Shown: positions 19,278-29,729, counted from the stretch's first letter. The stretch is DNA of 64,000 nt from a virus (IMGVR_UViG_2811995239_000002:1-64000), one strand, 5' to 3'. Numbers and translations: made by a program. Notes: a model not told the origin generated them from the sequence alone.

Positions 19278-19390
19278 ACCACGACGACTTCCTCCGTTAC
19301 CAGGCAGAAAGCGTTAAGCGTGCCAGCATGCCACCAGTAGCAAAGCACAGCCAGACCAAAACCAATCAGCCACAGAAGGAAGCCGCATGA
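19274..19390 (+). CDS. YlcG-like small protein (38 aa)
   Basis: [17 protein letters not shown]; ATGA overlaps on both sides. Confidence 0.55.
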   Translation: MNHDDFLRYQAESVKRASMPPVAKHSQTKTNQPQKEAA

Positions 19391-20031
19391 AACGCGCAGA
19401 CCAAAATATTGCATGGTCAGAATTGGCTAAGGTTCCTCGCCGTTCGTACCTTGGGAAATACCGACGTCTTACTCCTGCGCAAAACCGCTGGGTTCGCTCA
19501 CTGCTTGGCATGTGGGGGAGAGAGTTTGGTGGAAGCGGGACGGAGCATCTTACTGACAGTGCTGGAATGTGGTCGATGATTCTTACTGGCTGGACTGGCG
19601 AACAGCAGGAGCGGATCACTACGGTGCTGGCAGGACTGCGCAAGATGGGATATTCCGGTGACCAACTCATCACTCAGGCAAAAGCTATCATTTGGCCTAA
19701 GAAGTCACTTTCTGACCTGATGGAGAAAGCCAGTGATGAGGAAGAGGCTGAGTTCATGGAGCAGGTAATCCTAAAATCCTTCACCAAAAGCAGCATCGTC
19801 TACGAGATCGGGAAAGACTATTACACCTGGCGCAAGACCATTAACGATATGGCGCGTTGGATGCAGTACCATCACGCTCCCTTTTTGACTGAAAAGCAAT
19901 GTATAGATCGCGTTCGTTGGTGCATTGAGTTGTTCAATTCTGCTGTCTTCTTCACGTTAATTGCAGAACTTGGCATCGAAAACAAAGAAAATTGCAAAAA
20001 AGACTTGAAAACAAGTTTTGAAGATGCATAA
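19387..20031 (+). CDS. Late antiterminator Q-like protein
   Basis: Position between rusA and pR'/tR'/lysis genes. Confidence 0.7.
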   Translation: MKRADQNIAWSELAKVPRRSYLGKYRRLTPAQNRWVRSLLGMWGREFGGSGTEHLTDSAGMWSMILTGWTGEQQERITTVLAGLRKMGYSGDQLITQAKAIIWPKKSLSDLMEKASDEEEAEFMEQVILKSFTKSSIVYEIGKDYYTWRKTINDMARWMQYHHAPFLTEKQCIDRVRWCIELFNSAVFFTLIAELGIENKENCKKDLKTSFEDA

Positions 20032-20126
20032 TTCGTATATGCTCGGACGTCGAAGGCGAAAGAGCGAGGTGATATAAAAACACCAACAGAATTCAAGCCC
20101 GAGGTTAAACGCCTTGGGCTTTTTAT
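20005..20126 (+). promoter_or_regulatory. pR' late promoter and tR' terminator
   Basis: TTGAAA-16bp-CATAAT; AAGCCCGAGG..CCTTGGGCTTTTT hairpin at 20095-20124. Confidence 0.6.
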
Positions 20127-20202
20127 TTGCCTGTAGCTCAGAGGAAAGAGCATCTGCCTTCTAAGCAGTTGGTCGCTGGTTCGAATCCAGCCAGGCGAGC
20201 CA
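20127..20202 (+). tRNA. tRNA-Arg (TCT)
   Basis: 76-nt cloverleaf, TAGCTCAG, loop CTTCTAA, GGTTCGAATCC, encoded CCA. Confidence 0.9.
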
Positions 20203-20393
20203 AAACCCAGCCAGGGTATCTTCAGCCGCAGAGCTGACATTGCCACACCCTCACATTGCCAGCTTGTCGCTGGCTTTTTTTATTTCAGGCCCCGGGAATC
20301 ATCATCGACAAGCCTCGTTGTTAAATCCAGCCCGAGGGCCTGACCCCTTTCAAACACACACAGCGCCATCCGTCATTAACGGAGGTGAGGCCT

Positions 20394-20717
20394 ATGAAAA
20401 TGCCATACAAACAAGATTTCATCGCTGCGCTACTTGCCGCCAAGGAGCAGGGTATTGGTGCAATGCTGGCTTTTATCATGGCGTACCTGCGTGGCCGCTA
20501 TAACGGCGGCGCGGTAACAAAAACGCTAATTGATGCGCTGATGTGCGCGATGATCGCCTGGTTCGTCCGTGACCTTCTGGACTTTATCGGACTGAGCAGC
20601 AACCTCGCATACATTGCCAGCGTCTTTATTGGATACATTGGCACCGATTCGATCGGCAATCTGATTAAGAAATTCGCAGCCAAAAAGGCGGGAGTTGACG
20701 ATGCAAACCAGTCCTGA
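20394..20717 (+). CDS. Lambda S-family holin with dual start (Met-Lys-Met)
   Basis: MKMP...[20 protein letters not shown]. Confidence 0.93.
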   Translation: MKMPYKQDFIAALLAAKEQGIGAMLAFIMAYLRGRYNGGAVTKTLIDALMCAMIAWFVRDLLDFIGLSSNLAYIASVFIGYIGTDSIGNLIKKFAAKKAGVDDANQS

Positions 20718-21153
20718 CGGCATTGCGCTGATAAAAAAATTCGAAGGTTGCCGGCTGACTGCCTATCCAGACCCAGGGACAGGCGACGCTCCGTGGACGA
20801 TTGGTTATGGATGGACTCACCCGGTAGACGGCAAGCCAGTAAAACCCGGAATGACCATCGATCAGGCAACAGCTGACAGGTTACTTAAAACAGGGCTGGT
20901 GAGTTATGAAAACGATGTGCTGAAGGTGGTCAGAGTCAAACTGACACAAGGCCAGTTTGATGCACTGGTATCGTTCGCTTACAACGTTGGCTCGCGTGCG
21001 CTTTCAACATCCACTCTGCTGAAGAAGTTAAATGCTGGCGACATCAAAGGTGCTGCCGATGAGTTCCTGCGTTGGAATAAGTCGGGCGGAAAAGTTATGC
21101 CTGGACTCAATAACCGACGCAAAGCTGAGCGTGATGTGTTCCTGAAGGGGTAA
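20701..21153 (+). CDS. Endolysin (GH24 lysozyme)
   Basis: FEGCRL..Y.D....[24 protein letters not shown]. Confidence 0.95.
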   Translation: MQTSPDGIALIKKFEGCRLTAYPDPGTGDAPWTIGYGWTHPVDGKPVKPGMTIDQATADRLLKTGLVSYENDVLKVVRVKLTQGQFDALVSFAYNVGSRALSTSTLLKKLNAGDIKGAADEFLRWNKSGGKVMPGLNNRRKAERDVFLKG

Positions 21154-21155
21154 AG

Positions 21156-21458
21156 ATGAAAATCTTCATTGTTATTTTTTCTCTCCTGCTTTCTGCGTGT
21201 GATTCCGGCCCGGAGCCAGCAAAATCCACGATGGATGTTTCATCCCAGCTTTCTGCTGATGCAGATCGCATCAAAGTAACCAAAATGTCTGAGTTCCGCG
21301 ACACGCTTGCATACGATAACTGGCGAGGTGTCTATCTCATTCAGGATAAGCAGACCGGGAAGGAGTACATCGGCATTAGCGGGATTGGCATCTCAGAAGT
21401 CGGGTCGCACACACAACTGATAGGAAAAGTTCAGCAATCCGTAGGGGATGAGCGATGA
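21156..21458 (+). CDS. Lipoprotein inside lysis cassette
   Basis: Lipobox LSAC. Confidence 0.75.
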   Translation: MKIFIVIFSLLLSACDSGPEPAKSTMDVSSQLSADADRIKVTKMSEFRDTLAYDNWRGVYLIQDKQTGKEYIGISGIGISEVGSHTQLIGKVQQSVGDER

Positions 21459-21919
21459 GCCGCTTAACCGCAATCACCATCGCTGTGGTTGTCTGCATCA
21501 TAGTATCGCTGGGATGGGCGGTGAACCACTACCGCGACAACGCCATCACCTACAAAGACCAGCGCGATAAAGCCAAAGAGAAACTCATTCTGGCGAACGC
21601 CACCATCAAAGACATGACTACCCGCCAGCGTGATGTCGCTGCGCTGGATGCCAAATACACGAAGGAACTTGCCGATGCGAAAAAGACCATTAGCGATTTG
21701 CGTCGGGATGTCGATTCTGGTGCTAAACGGCTGCGCATCGCCGCAACCTGCCCTGGAGTGCCCAAAACCACCTCCGCCACCGGCGTGGATGATGCAGGAG
21801 CCCCCGAACTTACTCCAGACGCTCGACGGAATTATTTCGATCACCGGGACGGAATCGAAGTAACCGATAAAATGATTCATGGTATGCAGGAATACATCAA
21901 CACGCAGTGCCTCAGATAA
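21455..21919 (+). CDS. Rz: Rz i-spanin
   Basis: N-terminal [26 protein letters not shown]. Confidence 0.93.
   Translation: MSRLTAITIAVVVCIIVSLGWAVNHYRDNAITYKDQRDKAKEKLILANATIKDMTTRQRDVAALDAKYTKELADAKKTISDLRRDVDSGAKRLRIAATCPGVPKTTSATGVDDAGAPELTPDARRNYFDHRDGIEVTDKMIHGMQEYINTQCLR
21675..21863 (+). CDS. Rz1: Rz1 o-spanin embedded in Rz
   Basis: Lipobox [16 protein letters not shown]. Confidence 0.88.
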   Translation: MRKRPLAICVGMSILVLNGCASPQPALECPKPPPPPAWMMQEPPNLLQTLDGIISITGTESK

Positions 21920-22027
21920 GCAAAAGTGAAAAATATTTCAATTGGTCATGTCTATTTATAGCTATTCAATTCAACCAACATCTATTCATTGAGTGACTAT
22001 ATCTATCTGAATTTAAATGATTTAATC

Positions 22028-22055
22028 AAGCCTCGCTTATTGCGGGGCTTTTTGT
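22028..22055 (+). terminator. Intrinsic terminator after lysis genes
   Basis: GCCTCGC-TTATT-GCGGGGC-TTTTT. Confidence 0.7.
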
Positions 22056-22196
22056 TTTGGACTTCAACGCGCATCTCACGCGCACATCAACGAGAGCCTT
22101 TCAGTAAGCGAGCCTGAGAAATGCCGTTATAGGTGGCGACCTCTCTCGGGCGGCTTTTCTGTGAGACAGGCTCACTTTCTAAAAGGTAAAGACGCT

Positions 22197-22742
22197 ATGA
22201 CAAATCAAACCGTGAATGTTTACGGCGTATCTGTCCGGGTTGACTCCGCAGGAAGATACAACCTGAACGATCTGCATGCAGCAGCTGTTGCCAATGGAGA
22301 GGCGACGGAATCGCAAAGGCCGAACAAATTTATTCGAAGTGCAGCTGTAAAGCGTTTCGTTTCTGCACTGGACTCCAGAGGACAAAAATGTCGTCTGGAA
22401 GAAAATCAATCACTTAGTATTGTGAACGGTGGTGTCAACCAAGGTGTTTGGGCTGCGGAGTTATTAGCGATTCGCTATGCGGCATGGATTAAGCCTGAGT
22501 TTGAAATTCAGGTGTACGAAACATTCCGAGAAGCTGTGCTTAGTGGCATTAGCAGCATGAATCGACTTAACCGCCTCGACTTGCTGATCGCGACCGAGAC
22601 CAAAGAGGTCAGTGCCTGTGCCAAAGCAATGAATAAGTGGGGAGTAGGCGGACGCAAGAAGCTTCTCAACTGCGCTCGTGAGCGGATCGTCAGTCAGATG
22701 GATCCAGATATGGTCGCACTGATGGAAGGGAAGGTCGCTTAG
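22197..22742 (+). CDS. KilA-N domain protein
   Basis: GRYNLNDLHAA, YAAWIKPEFEIQV. Confidence 0.88.
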   Translation: MTNQTVNVYGVSVRVDSAGRYNLNDLHAAAVANGEATESQRPNKFIRSAAVKRFVSALDSRGQKCRLEENQSLSIVNGGVNQGVWAAELLAIRYAAWIKPEFEIQVYETFREAVLSGISSMNRLNRLDLLIATETKEVSACAKAMNKWGVGGRKKLLNCARERIVSQMDPDMVALMEGKVA

Positions 22743-22947
22743 TCAACATCCCCTCGATTACGGGTATGTAAAAGAGAGCCACTTTCACAATGGTTCTTCA
22801 TTACAGAAGCTCTTCACTGAGGGGCTTCGATAATGATTTGTGTAACCCCGCAAGGATGGTGATCACATCTTGCTGACGGGTAAGCCGTAAGTGGCTAAGC
22901 ACATCTGAGAAGCAGAGCGAACGCTGCGACAAGGCAAAGAGGTAATC

Positions 22948-23166
22948 ATGTCCGACATCTACCAAATCGCGCTAACCACCCAAACAGGCGAAACCTTCAC
23001 GGGCAAGATGTCACGACGTCAGCCTGAGCTGGTTAACGGATTTGTGCCGCTGGCGACCGAGACGGGAGAGTGGCTGTATTTCGCGCCTGCCGATGTAAAG
23101 CGCGTGGAGTTCACGCCGGTACCAGCAGAGGAAGCACCGGCAGAAACCGAGGAGCCCGCATCATGA
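22948..23166 (+). CDS. Phage hypothetical protein
   Basis: GAGG RBS. Confidence 0.7.
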   Translation: MSDIYQIALTTQTGETFTGKMSRRQPELVNGFVPLATETGEWLYFAPADVKRVEFTPVPAEEAPAETEEPAS

Positions 23167-23369
23167 ATAGCGCATTTATCCCTGTCACCCTGAGTCTGGA
23201 TGTTTCAGCTGCGGGTGAAGAGGCTCAGGCCGTAGCCAGCGAGCTACTGCGCCGAACCAATGGCCTTAGCCCGCGCATCGCTGAAGATGAGGCGCTTCGC
23301 ATCCTGCTGGTCGACGTGACCCGGGATTACCTGAAGGCCAAGAGCAAGGCAGAACAAACAACGGAGTAA
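23163..23369 (+). CDS. Phage hypothetical protein (MNSAFIPV...)
   Basis: ATGA-coupled. Confidence 0.55.
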   Translation: MNSAFIPVTLSLDVSAAGEEAQAVASELLRRTNGLSPRIAEDEALRILLVDVTRDYLKAKSKAEQTTE

Positions 23370-23372
23370 CGA

Positions 23373-23888
23373 ATGACCAAACCAGATTGGGAGGCCATCG
23401 AATCGGCTTACCGGGCTGGTTCGTTATCAGTAAGGGCCATCGGTGAAAAGCATGGCGTTAACCACGCCACCATCCTGAAGAGAGCAAACAAAGAGGGATG
23501 GCAGCGCGACCTGACTGAAAAGGTAAGAGCGGCAACGAAAGCCAAGGTAACCAAGTCGGTAACCAAAGACGGTAACCAGGCACCAGTGGTTACTGATGAG
23601 CAGATTATTGACCAGGCATCTGACGAGGCCGCCGCTGTAGTCATGGCTCATCGGGAAAGTTTGGCGGCATGGCGCGGCATCACCAATAAGCTCAGAGACT
23701 TCCTCGAAGATGCAGATATCACGGAAGAGAATCACGCCTCAATGTCTCGCTCGATCACTGCCGGTGTTGATGCTCAAATCAAAGTGATAAACGCTGAGCG
23801 CAAGGCGTATAACCTCGACACAGAGGAAGGTAATAAGACGGTTGATGACCTGTCTAACCTGATGGATTCACTGTCTCAGGGGGCATAA
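23373..23888 (+). CDS. Terminase small subunit
   Basis: PDWEAIESAYRAG HTH, upstream of TerL. Confidence 0.85.
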   Translation: MTKPDWEAIESAYRAGSLSVRAIGEKHGVNHATILKRANKEGWQRDLTEKVRAATKAKVTKSVTKDGNQAPVVTDEQIIDQASDEAAAVVMAHRESLAAWRGITNKLRDFLEDADITEENHASMSRSITAGVDAQIKVINAERKAYNLDTEEGNKTVDDLSNLMDSLSQGA

Positions 23889-25360
23889 TGAAACCTGAGC
23901 ACATCAAGCTGCTGGCCGACAAAGACTGGCGGCTTAATAACCTTTACTGGATCACCGACAAAGAGGGAAAGCCTACGCGGTTCAGGATGACGCCTGAGCA
24001 GCGGGAATACTTCGAAGGGATCCACACCCGCAACATCATCCTGAAAGCTCGCCAGCTCGGTTTCACGACTGAGGTGTGTATCATCCAACTCGACGCGGCT
24101 CTGTTCGAGTCGGCAAAGTGCGCCCTGATTGCCCACACGCTGAATGACGCAAAGCGCCTGTTCCGCGAAAAGGTTAAGTACGCATACGATAAGCTGCCTG
24201 CAGAGATAAAGGCTGCCAATCCGGCCAGTAACGACTCTTCCGGTGAGCTCGTCTTCAAGAAGGGTGGCTCGCTGTACGTAAGCACGTCATTTCGTGGTGG
24301 TACGCTGCGTTACCTGCACGTTTCCGAGTTCGGGAAGATATGCGCCAAGTATCCAGACAAAGCCCGTGAGATAGTCACTGGTGCGTTTGAGGCGGTATCG
24401 ACCGGATGCTTCGCTACTATCGAGAGCACGGCAGAGGGCCGGGCGGGTTACTTCTTCGATTACTGCCAGACGGCAGAGAAAGCGTTACTGCAGGGCAAGC
24501 CATTATCCGCCCTAGACTGGAAGTTTTTCTTCTTCTCCTGGTGGAAGAACCCGCAGTATGCAATCGACCCTGTCGAAGCACTGCCGGTGCGCCTGCTGGA
24601 ATACTTCGCTGAGATGGAGGCGAAGCACAGTGTAGTCGTCAATGAACGCCAGAAAGCCTGGTACTACGCCAAAGAGAAAACGCTCGGCGATGACATGAGG
24701 CGCGAATACCCGACCATTCCAGCCGAGGCATTTCAGCAATCTGTCGAGGGCGCGTACTACGCCAAGCAGTTCCGCTGGCTTTACACCAACAAGCGGATCG
24801 GCCAAATCCCTGATAACTCGCACCTTCCGGTACACACGTTCTGGGATATCGGTGTGGGCGACTCCACGGCGATCTGGTTCGTTCGCGAGGTTGGCGAAGA
24901 GTTCCACATCATCGACTACTACGAAAACTCCGGTGAAGGCCTGAGGCACTACATGAAGGTGCTGAAAGACCGCGGCTATGAGTACGGTGAGCACTGGGGG
25001 CCGCACGACATTGAGAACCGCGAGTTTGCTGCTGATGCGAAGTCACGCAAAGAGCTGGCGCGCGAAGGTTACGAGATTGACGGGCAGATGTATTCGATGA
25101 ACTTCCGCGTTGTGCCGAAAGCAGGGATCGACACTGGTATTGAGTCGGTCCGTGAAATCCTCAAGTCCTGCGTATTCGATGAAGAGAAGTGTGCTGTTGG
25201 CATCTCTCACCTTGAGGGCTACCGCAAGGAGTGGGACGACAAACGCGGCTGCTGGAAAGACAAACCGCTTCATGACTTCACATCGCATGGCGCTGACAGC
25301 TTCCGTTATTTCGCAGTGACGAAGAACAACCGCAAGCAGGTCGGCACAGTATTCTTCTAA
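23888..25360 (+). CDS. Terminase large subunit
   Basis: LKARQLGFTT Walker A, LHVSE Walker B, WDIG and SHGADS nuclease motifs. Confidence 0.95.
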   Translation: MKPEHIKLLADKDWRLNNLYWITDKEGKPTRFRMTPEQREYFEGIHTRNIILKARQLGFTTEVCIIQLDAALFESAKCALIAHTLNDAKRLFREKVKYAYDKLPAEIKAANPASNDSSGELVFKKGGSLYVSTSFRGGTLRYLHVSEFGKICAKYPDKAREIVTGAFEAVSTGCFATIESTAEGRAGYFFDYCQTAEKALLQGKPLSALDWKFFFFSWWKNPQYAIDPVEALPVRLLEYFAEMEAKHSVVVNERQKAWYYAKEKTLGDDMRREYPTIPAEAFQQSVEGAYYAKQFRWLYTNKRIGQIPDNSHLPVHTFWDIGVGDSTAIWFVREVGEEFHIIDYYENSGEGLRHYMKVLKDRGYEYGEHWGPHDIENREFAADAKSRKELAREGYEIDGQMYSMNFRVVPKAGIDTGIESVREILKSCVFDEEKCAVGISHLEGYRKEWDDKRGCWKDKPLHDFTSHGADSFRYFAVTKNNRKQVGTVFF

Positions 25361-25372
25361 GGAGCATCGCCA

Positions 25373-26842
25373 GTGAGCGAACAAGATAACGGCCTTCAAC
25401 TGGCTGTGAACAACCTCGCCACTGAAATGAGGCGAGCGAATTACCTGAACGCAATCGGCATCGGTGGCGGGAACACGAAGCGCCCAACGCTTTACCAGGA
25501 ATTTGGCTACCCGCGCACGATCACCTTCAACGACTTCTACAACATGTACCGCCGCAATGCCGCTGGCTTCGCTGTGGTTCATCGTCTGCTGGATGGTTGC
25601 TGGCAGGATTACCCGGTCATAGTAGACGGTGATGAAGCGCAGGAAGCGGAGAAAACAAACGCCTGGGAAAAGAAAGTCACCAAGTTCATGAAGAAGCTGT
25701 GGCCGAAGGTGAAGGATGCCGATCGCCGCAATATGGTTGGGCGTTACTCAGCGCTCCTGCTACAGGTGAAAGACAATCGGAACTGGGATCAGGAAGTCGA
25801 CACGGCTTTAGTAAAACGACTCGGCGAGTCAGCACTGGTAAAGCTTATCCCGGTATGGGAGCCGCAGTTAACTGTCGCCGAATGGGATAACGACCGTCAG
25901 TCTGAAACGTTCAGCCAGCCGAAGATGTTCAACTTCAACGAGCAGCCGGTTGGTGATGAGCCTTTTGTCGGTCCGATGCGCGGCGAACCGGTGCACCCGA
26001 GCCGCGTCATCCTGTTCTGTGAAGGATCTGAAGACGACAACGTCCTGTCTGGCATCCCGTTGCTGGAGGCTGGCTACAACAAGGGCCTCGACCTTGAGAA
26101 AGTATCTGGCGGTGGCGCTGAGGGCTTCCTGAAGAACGCCAGCCGTCAGATTGCCGTCGAATTTAGCAAAGAAACCGACATGGATACGCTTGCAGACCAG
26201 GCAAAAAAGGCAGGCTATGCCGATCTCGGCGAAGCGATGGGCGATAAGGTCAACAAGCTTAACCGTGGTACCGATGCGGCGGCAGTAATGCAGGCCGGGC
26301 AGATGCGCGTTCTGAGCGTTACGCCCGGCGACCCGGGGCCGACGTGGGAAGTCACCGCGAACGAACTGGCCGCCTCCGTACAGATACCATTCACCATCTT
26401 GTTCGGTCAGCAGACCGGGCGACTGGCGAGCGATGAGGACAAAGCTGACTGGGCTATCCGTCGCAACACGCGTCGTAATGGCTTCCTGACAGACCGGATC
26501 ACTGCGCTGCTGGAACGCTTCTGGACGCTTGGGATTATCGACCCACCGACAAAAGGCGAGGTCACCATCTCGTGGAGCGACCTGCTGGCACCCGGCGAGA
26601 AAGAGAAAATCGAAAACGCTTCGAAACTTGCCGACATCGTCCAGAAAACCACGCCTTACTATGGCGGCGACGCGCCGTTTACGGCAAATGAGCTGCGCGA
26701 AGTTGTTGGGCTTGACCCGCTACCGGAGCCAAAAGAACCACCAAAACCGGACGATAAGGTGACTACCGATGATCCACTGGCCGATGACACCAGAACAGAC
26801 GGCAAAGGTGGGGCTGCCGATCGTTCCGCGCAGCAAGGTTGA
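25373..26842 (+). CDS. Portal protein (DUF1073 type)
   Basis: Position; VHPSRV, IPFTILFGQQTG. Confidence 0.85.
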   Translation: MSEQDNGLQLAVNNLATEMRRANYLNAIGIGGGNTKRPTLYQEFGYPRTITFNDFYNMYRRNAAGFAVVHRLLDGCWQDYPVIVDGDEAQEAEKTNAWEKKVTKFMKKLWPKVKDADRRNMVGRYSALLLQVKDNRNWDQEVDTALVKRLGESALVKLIPVWEPQLTVAEWDNDRQSETFSQPKMFNFNEQPVGDEPFVGPMRGEPVHPSRVILFCEGSEDDNVLSGIPLLEAGYNKGLDLEKVSGGGAEGFLKNASRQIAVEFSKETDMDTLADQAKKAGYADLGEAMGDKVNKLNRGTDAAAVMQAGQMRVLSVTPGDPGPTWEVTANELAASVQIPFTILFGQQTGRLASDEDKADWAIRRNTRRNGFLTDRITALLERFWTLGIIDPPTKGEVTISWSDLLAPGEKEKIENASKLADIVQKTTPYYGGDAPFTANELREVVGLDPLPEPKEPPKPDDKVTTDDPLADDTRTDGKGGAADRSAQQG

Positions 26843-27776
26843 CCCGACCCGATCGGCAAAGCAGGTCACCGCGATGTACCGGGATATCGAGGAGCGGTAT
26901 CTCGGCATCAAGCGCGCGCTGAAAACTCTGTTCGACCAGCGCCTGACCGGACGAGATCGAGAGGTAAACAGCCATAACTGGCACTTCCTTTGCCACGACC
27001 ACGGCGCGGACATGCGGCTCTACCAGGTCAACGCCGGCAAGTTCATCTACGACATGTCCGCGCTGGAACTGGCTGACCTGCTGGAGGCGGTGCAGTCGAT
27101 TCTGGATGATTACCTGCTTGATGGTGGCGAGCAAAACCTCTGGGCGATGGATTACGTCGTCGCAGAAGCGCAGCGCGGCACGCTGGAGGCATTCAACAAC
27201 CTCTCACAGCAGTCGCAGGTGTATGCCAGCCAGACGACGCTACAGCAGCTTTTAAGCAGTCCCGGACATCTTAACCAGGTGGCGTCGGCCAGGCTGACCA
27301 CGTTCAGCGACTGGAAGGTTATCAGCGACACCGTCCGCGGCGATTTAACCAATATCATCACTGACGCAGTAGCGCGCGGGGTTAATCCTCGCGAGACGGC
27401 CAGCGTTATCAGCAAGCGCCTAGATGTGTCGATGTCGAAGGCAAAGACCATCGCTCAGACTGAGCAGGTCGGCGCGCTGCGGCAGGCACAATGGAACGAA
27501 ACCGACTGGGCCGCTGATCGGCTGGGGCTTAACACTGGACTGCTGTGGCTGTCAGCGCTCAAGCCTACGACGCGCACCTGGCACGCCAGCCGACACGGCA
27601 AGGTCTACACCACCGAAGAGGTGCGGTACTTCTACGCTGAGAACGGTAACCGGTACAACTGCTACTGCAGCCAGATTCCAGTCCTGCTCAACGACGACGG
27701 CAGCATCTTCAATGAGGGGTTGGCGGATAAGCTGAAAAAAGAGCGTCAGCAGTGGGCAACCAAGGAGGCTGCGTGA
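26784..27776 (+). CDS. Head morphogenesis protein (SPP1 gp7/Mu F family)
   Basis: IAQTEQ, TRTWH, NCYC. Confidence 0.85.
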   Translation: MTPEQTAKVGLPIVPRSKVDPTRSAKQVTAMYRDIEERYLGIKRALKTLFDQRLTGRDREVNSHNWHFLCHDHGADMRLYQVNAGKFIYDMSALELADLLEAVQSILDDYLLDGGEQNLWAMDYVVAEAQRGTLEAFNNLSQQSQVYASQTTLQQLLSSPGHLNQVASARLTTFSDWKVISDTVRGDLTNIITDAVARGVNPRETASVISKRLDVSMSKAKTIAQTEQVGALRQAQWNETDWAADRLGLNTGLLWLSALKPTTRTWHASRHGKVYTTEEVRYFYAENGNRYNCYCSQIPVLLNDDGSIFNEGLADKLKKERQQWATKEAA

Positions 27777-27883
27777 CTATTTATTGGCGCTGTTGTTGCG
27801 GACGTACCGTGAGCTACCAGTGCGTAACTGCACTGGACTATTTCCCCTGGTGCTGTAGAGCGCCAATGTTACGAAAAATCTAA
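27773..27883 (+). CDS. 36-aa Cys-rich small protein
   Basis: AAGGAGG RBS, GTGA coupling; MTIYWRCCCGR...WCCRAPMLRKI. Confidence 0.45.
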   Translation: MTIYWRCCCGRTVSYQCVTALDYFPWCCRAPMLRKI

Positions 27884-27897
27884 ACAGAGGACGCAAC

Positions 27898-29268
27898 GTG
27901 AAGCTATCCAGCATCCACGTTAAATCCCTCGCCATCAACGCCTCCAACATCTCAACGACCACCATCAACGGCCAGGAACACTACGTCATTCGTGGTGCAG
28001 TCCCGATCGTCGATGACATCGTGATGAATGGTGGCCTGTACCCGGCGGAGGAGATTAACAACAGCTACCAGACGATGGAAGGCAAGCTGATGCCTCTCCC
28101 GCATCCGATGGTAGATGGCAAATATGTCAGCGCCAATGACCCTCGAGCTATTAACGCATTCCACGTAGGCGCATGGGCTCAGAACGTCAGTAAGGCTGGT
28201 GATAGGACGGTAACTGACGTCTATATCAACAAAGCGGTTGCAGAGACAAAGCCAGACGGCAAGCGCCTGATTAATCGCCTAGATGAGATGATCGACGGCA
28301 CCAACACAGACCCGATTCACCTGTCTACCGGGTTGCTCACCAACAAAGAGAAGAAGTCTGGTGAATCGAAGGGCAAGAAGTACTCATGGATTGCCCGCAA
28401 CATGCAGTTCGACCACATCGCCATTCTGCTGGACGAGCCGGGGGCCGGGACGCCGGAAGAGGGTGTCGGCATGTTCGTGAACGCTGACGGTCAGGAGGGA
28501 GAAGTCGAAACCGCCAGTCTCATCGACGCGGCAAACAGCATGAAAGACGGCTGGTGGAACAAAGTGAAGTTCTTCATCAGCAACGCTTCAGAGATGTCAT
28601 TCGACGACATCTACCAGGCGCTGCGCATGTCCATCAAGCAGGACGACAAAAAGTGGCGATACGTCGTCAGCGTCTGGCCTGACCATTTCGTTTACGAAGA
28701 GGATGGTGAAAACGCCAAGCCGAAGCTCTTCGACCAGAAGTACCTCATCTCTGACAAGGTAGTAACGCTTGTTGGCGATCCAGTAGAAGTCGTGCGCAAA
28801 CCAACTGAGTACGAAGTCAAAACCAACGGAGAAGAAAACCCGATGAAAGAGAAGATGATCGCCGCGCTCAATGCCGCAGGCGTTAAAACCGAGGGGCTGA
28901 CCGACGATCAGGTCTGGGATGCCTACAACCAGCAGATGCAGAAGAAAGATGGCGGCGGCGACCCGGGCCAGGCTCAGATTAACTCTGACGCGATTACTGC
29001 TGCAGTAAATCAGGCGCTGAAGCCGCTTACCGATGAAATCAGCACGCTGAAATCTCAGCTGCAGGCGAACGCTGAAAGCGACCTGAAAACCAAACGTGAC
29101 GCGGTTAAAGCGAAATTCTCGTTCATGACCGAAGCGGCGATCAACTCGCTGGCTGGCGATGCGCTGAACGACTTGTACTCACAGTGCCAGACCAGCACCG
29201 GTCTGAACCCTGCATTCCAGGGGAATGGCGCTCAGAGTGAAATCCTTAACATGGAGGCACCTGAATAA
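27898..29268 (+). CDS. DUF2213 prohead protease/scaffold
   Basis: PLPHP, LSTG, FDHIAILL..PGA. Confidence 0.82.
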   Translation: MKLSSIHVKSLAINASNISTTTINGQEHYVIRGAVPIVDDIVMNGGLYPAEEINNSYQTMEGKLMPLPHPMVDGKYVSANDPRAINAFHVGAWAQNVSKAGDRTVTDVYINKAVAETKPDGKRLINRLDEMIDGTNTDPIHLSTGLLTNKEKKSGESKGKKYSWIARNMQFDHIAILLDEPGAGTPEEGVGMFVNADGQEGEVETASLIDAANSMKDGWWNKVKFFISNASEMSFDDIYQALRMSIKQDDKKWRYVVSVWPDHFVYEEDGENAKPKLFDQKYLISDKVVTLVGDPVEVVRKPTEYEVKTNGEENPMKEKMIAALNAAGVKTEGLTDDQVWDAYNQQMQKKDGGGDPGQAQINSDAITAAVNQALKPLTDEISTLKSQLQANAESDLKTKRDAVKAKFSFMTEAAINSLAGDALNDLYSQCQTSTGLNPAFQGNGAQSEILNMEAPE

Positions 29269-29729
29269 TGGCTCTCGCTCCTCGTTTCCATACCGTAATC
29301 GCGGGTCCGGCCCGTAAGAATGACCCGCAGGTCATTGAAGCAATCATGGCGGCGGCCGTGAAACCCGGCTCACTGGTGATGCTAGACAGCACCGGGAAAC
29401 TGGCGGTTCACAATGTCGCTGGTGGTGCAGGCGTTGCTCTGGCTCTTCAGCACAACTATATCGGCGGTGGTGACATTCGCGACTCGGTTCCAGCAGGTGA
29501 TACCGGCGCGGCCATCATGTGCGAAGACGATGTGGATTACCACATGCTGGTCAAAGCAGGCGAAGTGTTGCTGGAAAACGAAGGTCTGGTTTCTGCCGGT
29601 GACGGCACGCTGGCCAAGTCAACCACGCCAGCCACCGACCAGGTCCTCTTTTATTCACGCGAAAAAATCACCGTTGGCGCTGAAGCTCAGCTCGTGAAAG
29701 TTCGCAAATCAGGGAAAGCAACCGCATGA
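29268..29729 (+). CDS. Head decoration protein
   Basis: Position before the major capsid gene. Confidence 0.7.
   Translation: MALAPRFHTVIAGPARKNDPQVIEAIMAAAVKPGSLVMLDSTGKLAVHNVAGGAGVALALQHNYIGGGDIRDSVPAGDTGAAIMCEDDVDYHMLVKAGEVLLENEGLVSAGDGTLAKSTTPATDQVLFYSREKITVGAEAQLVKVRKSGKATA

Noticed and set aside
25373-26842. DUF1073 as an anti-CBASS protein
   Set aside because: Size and position after TerL indicate the portal.
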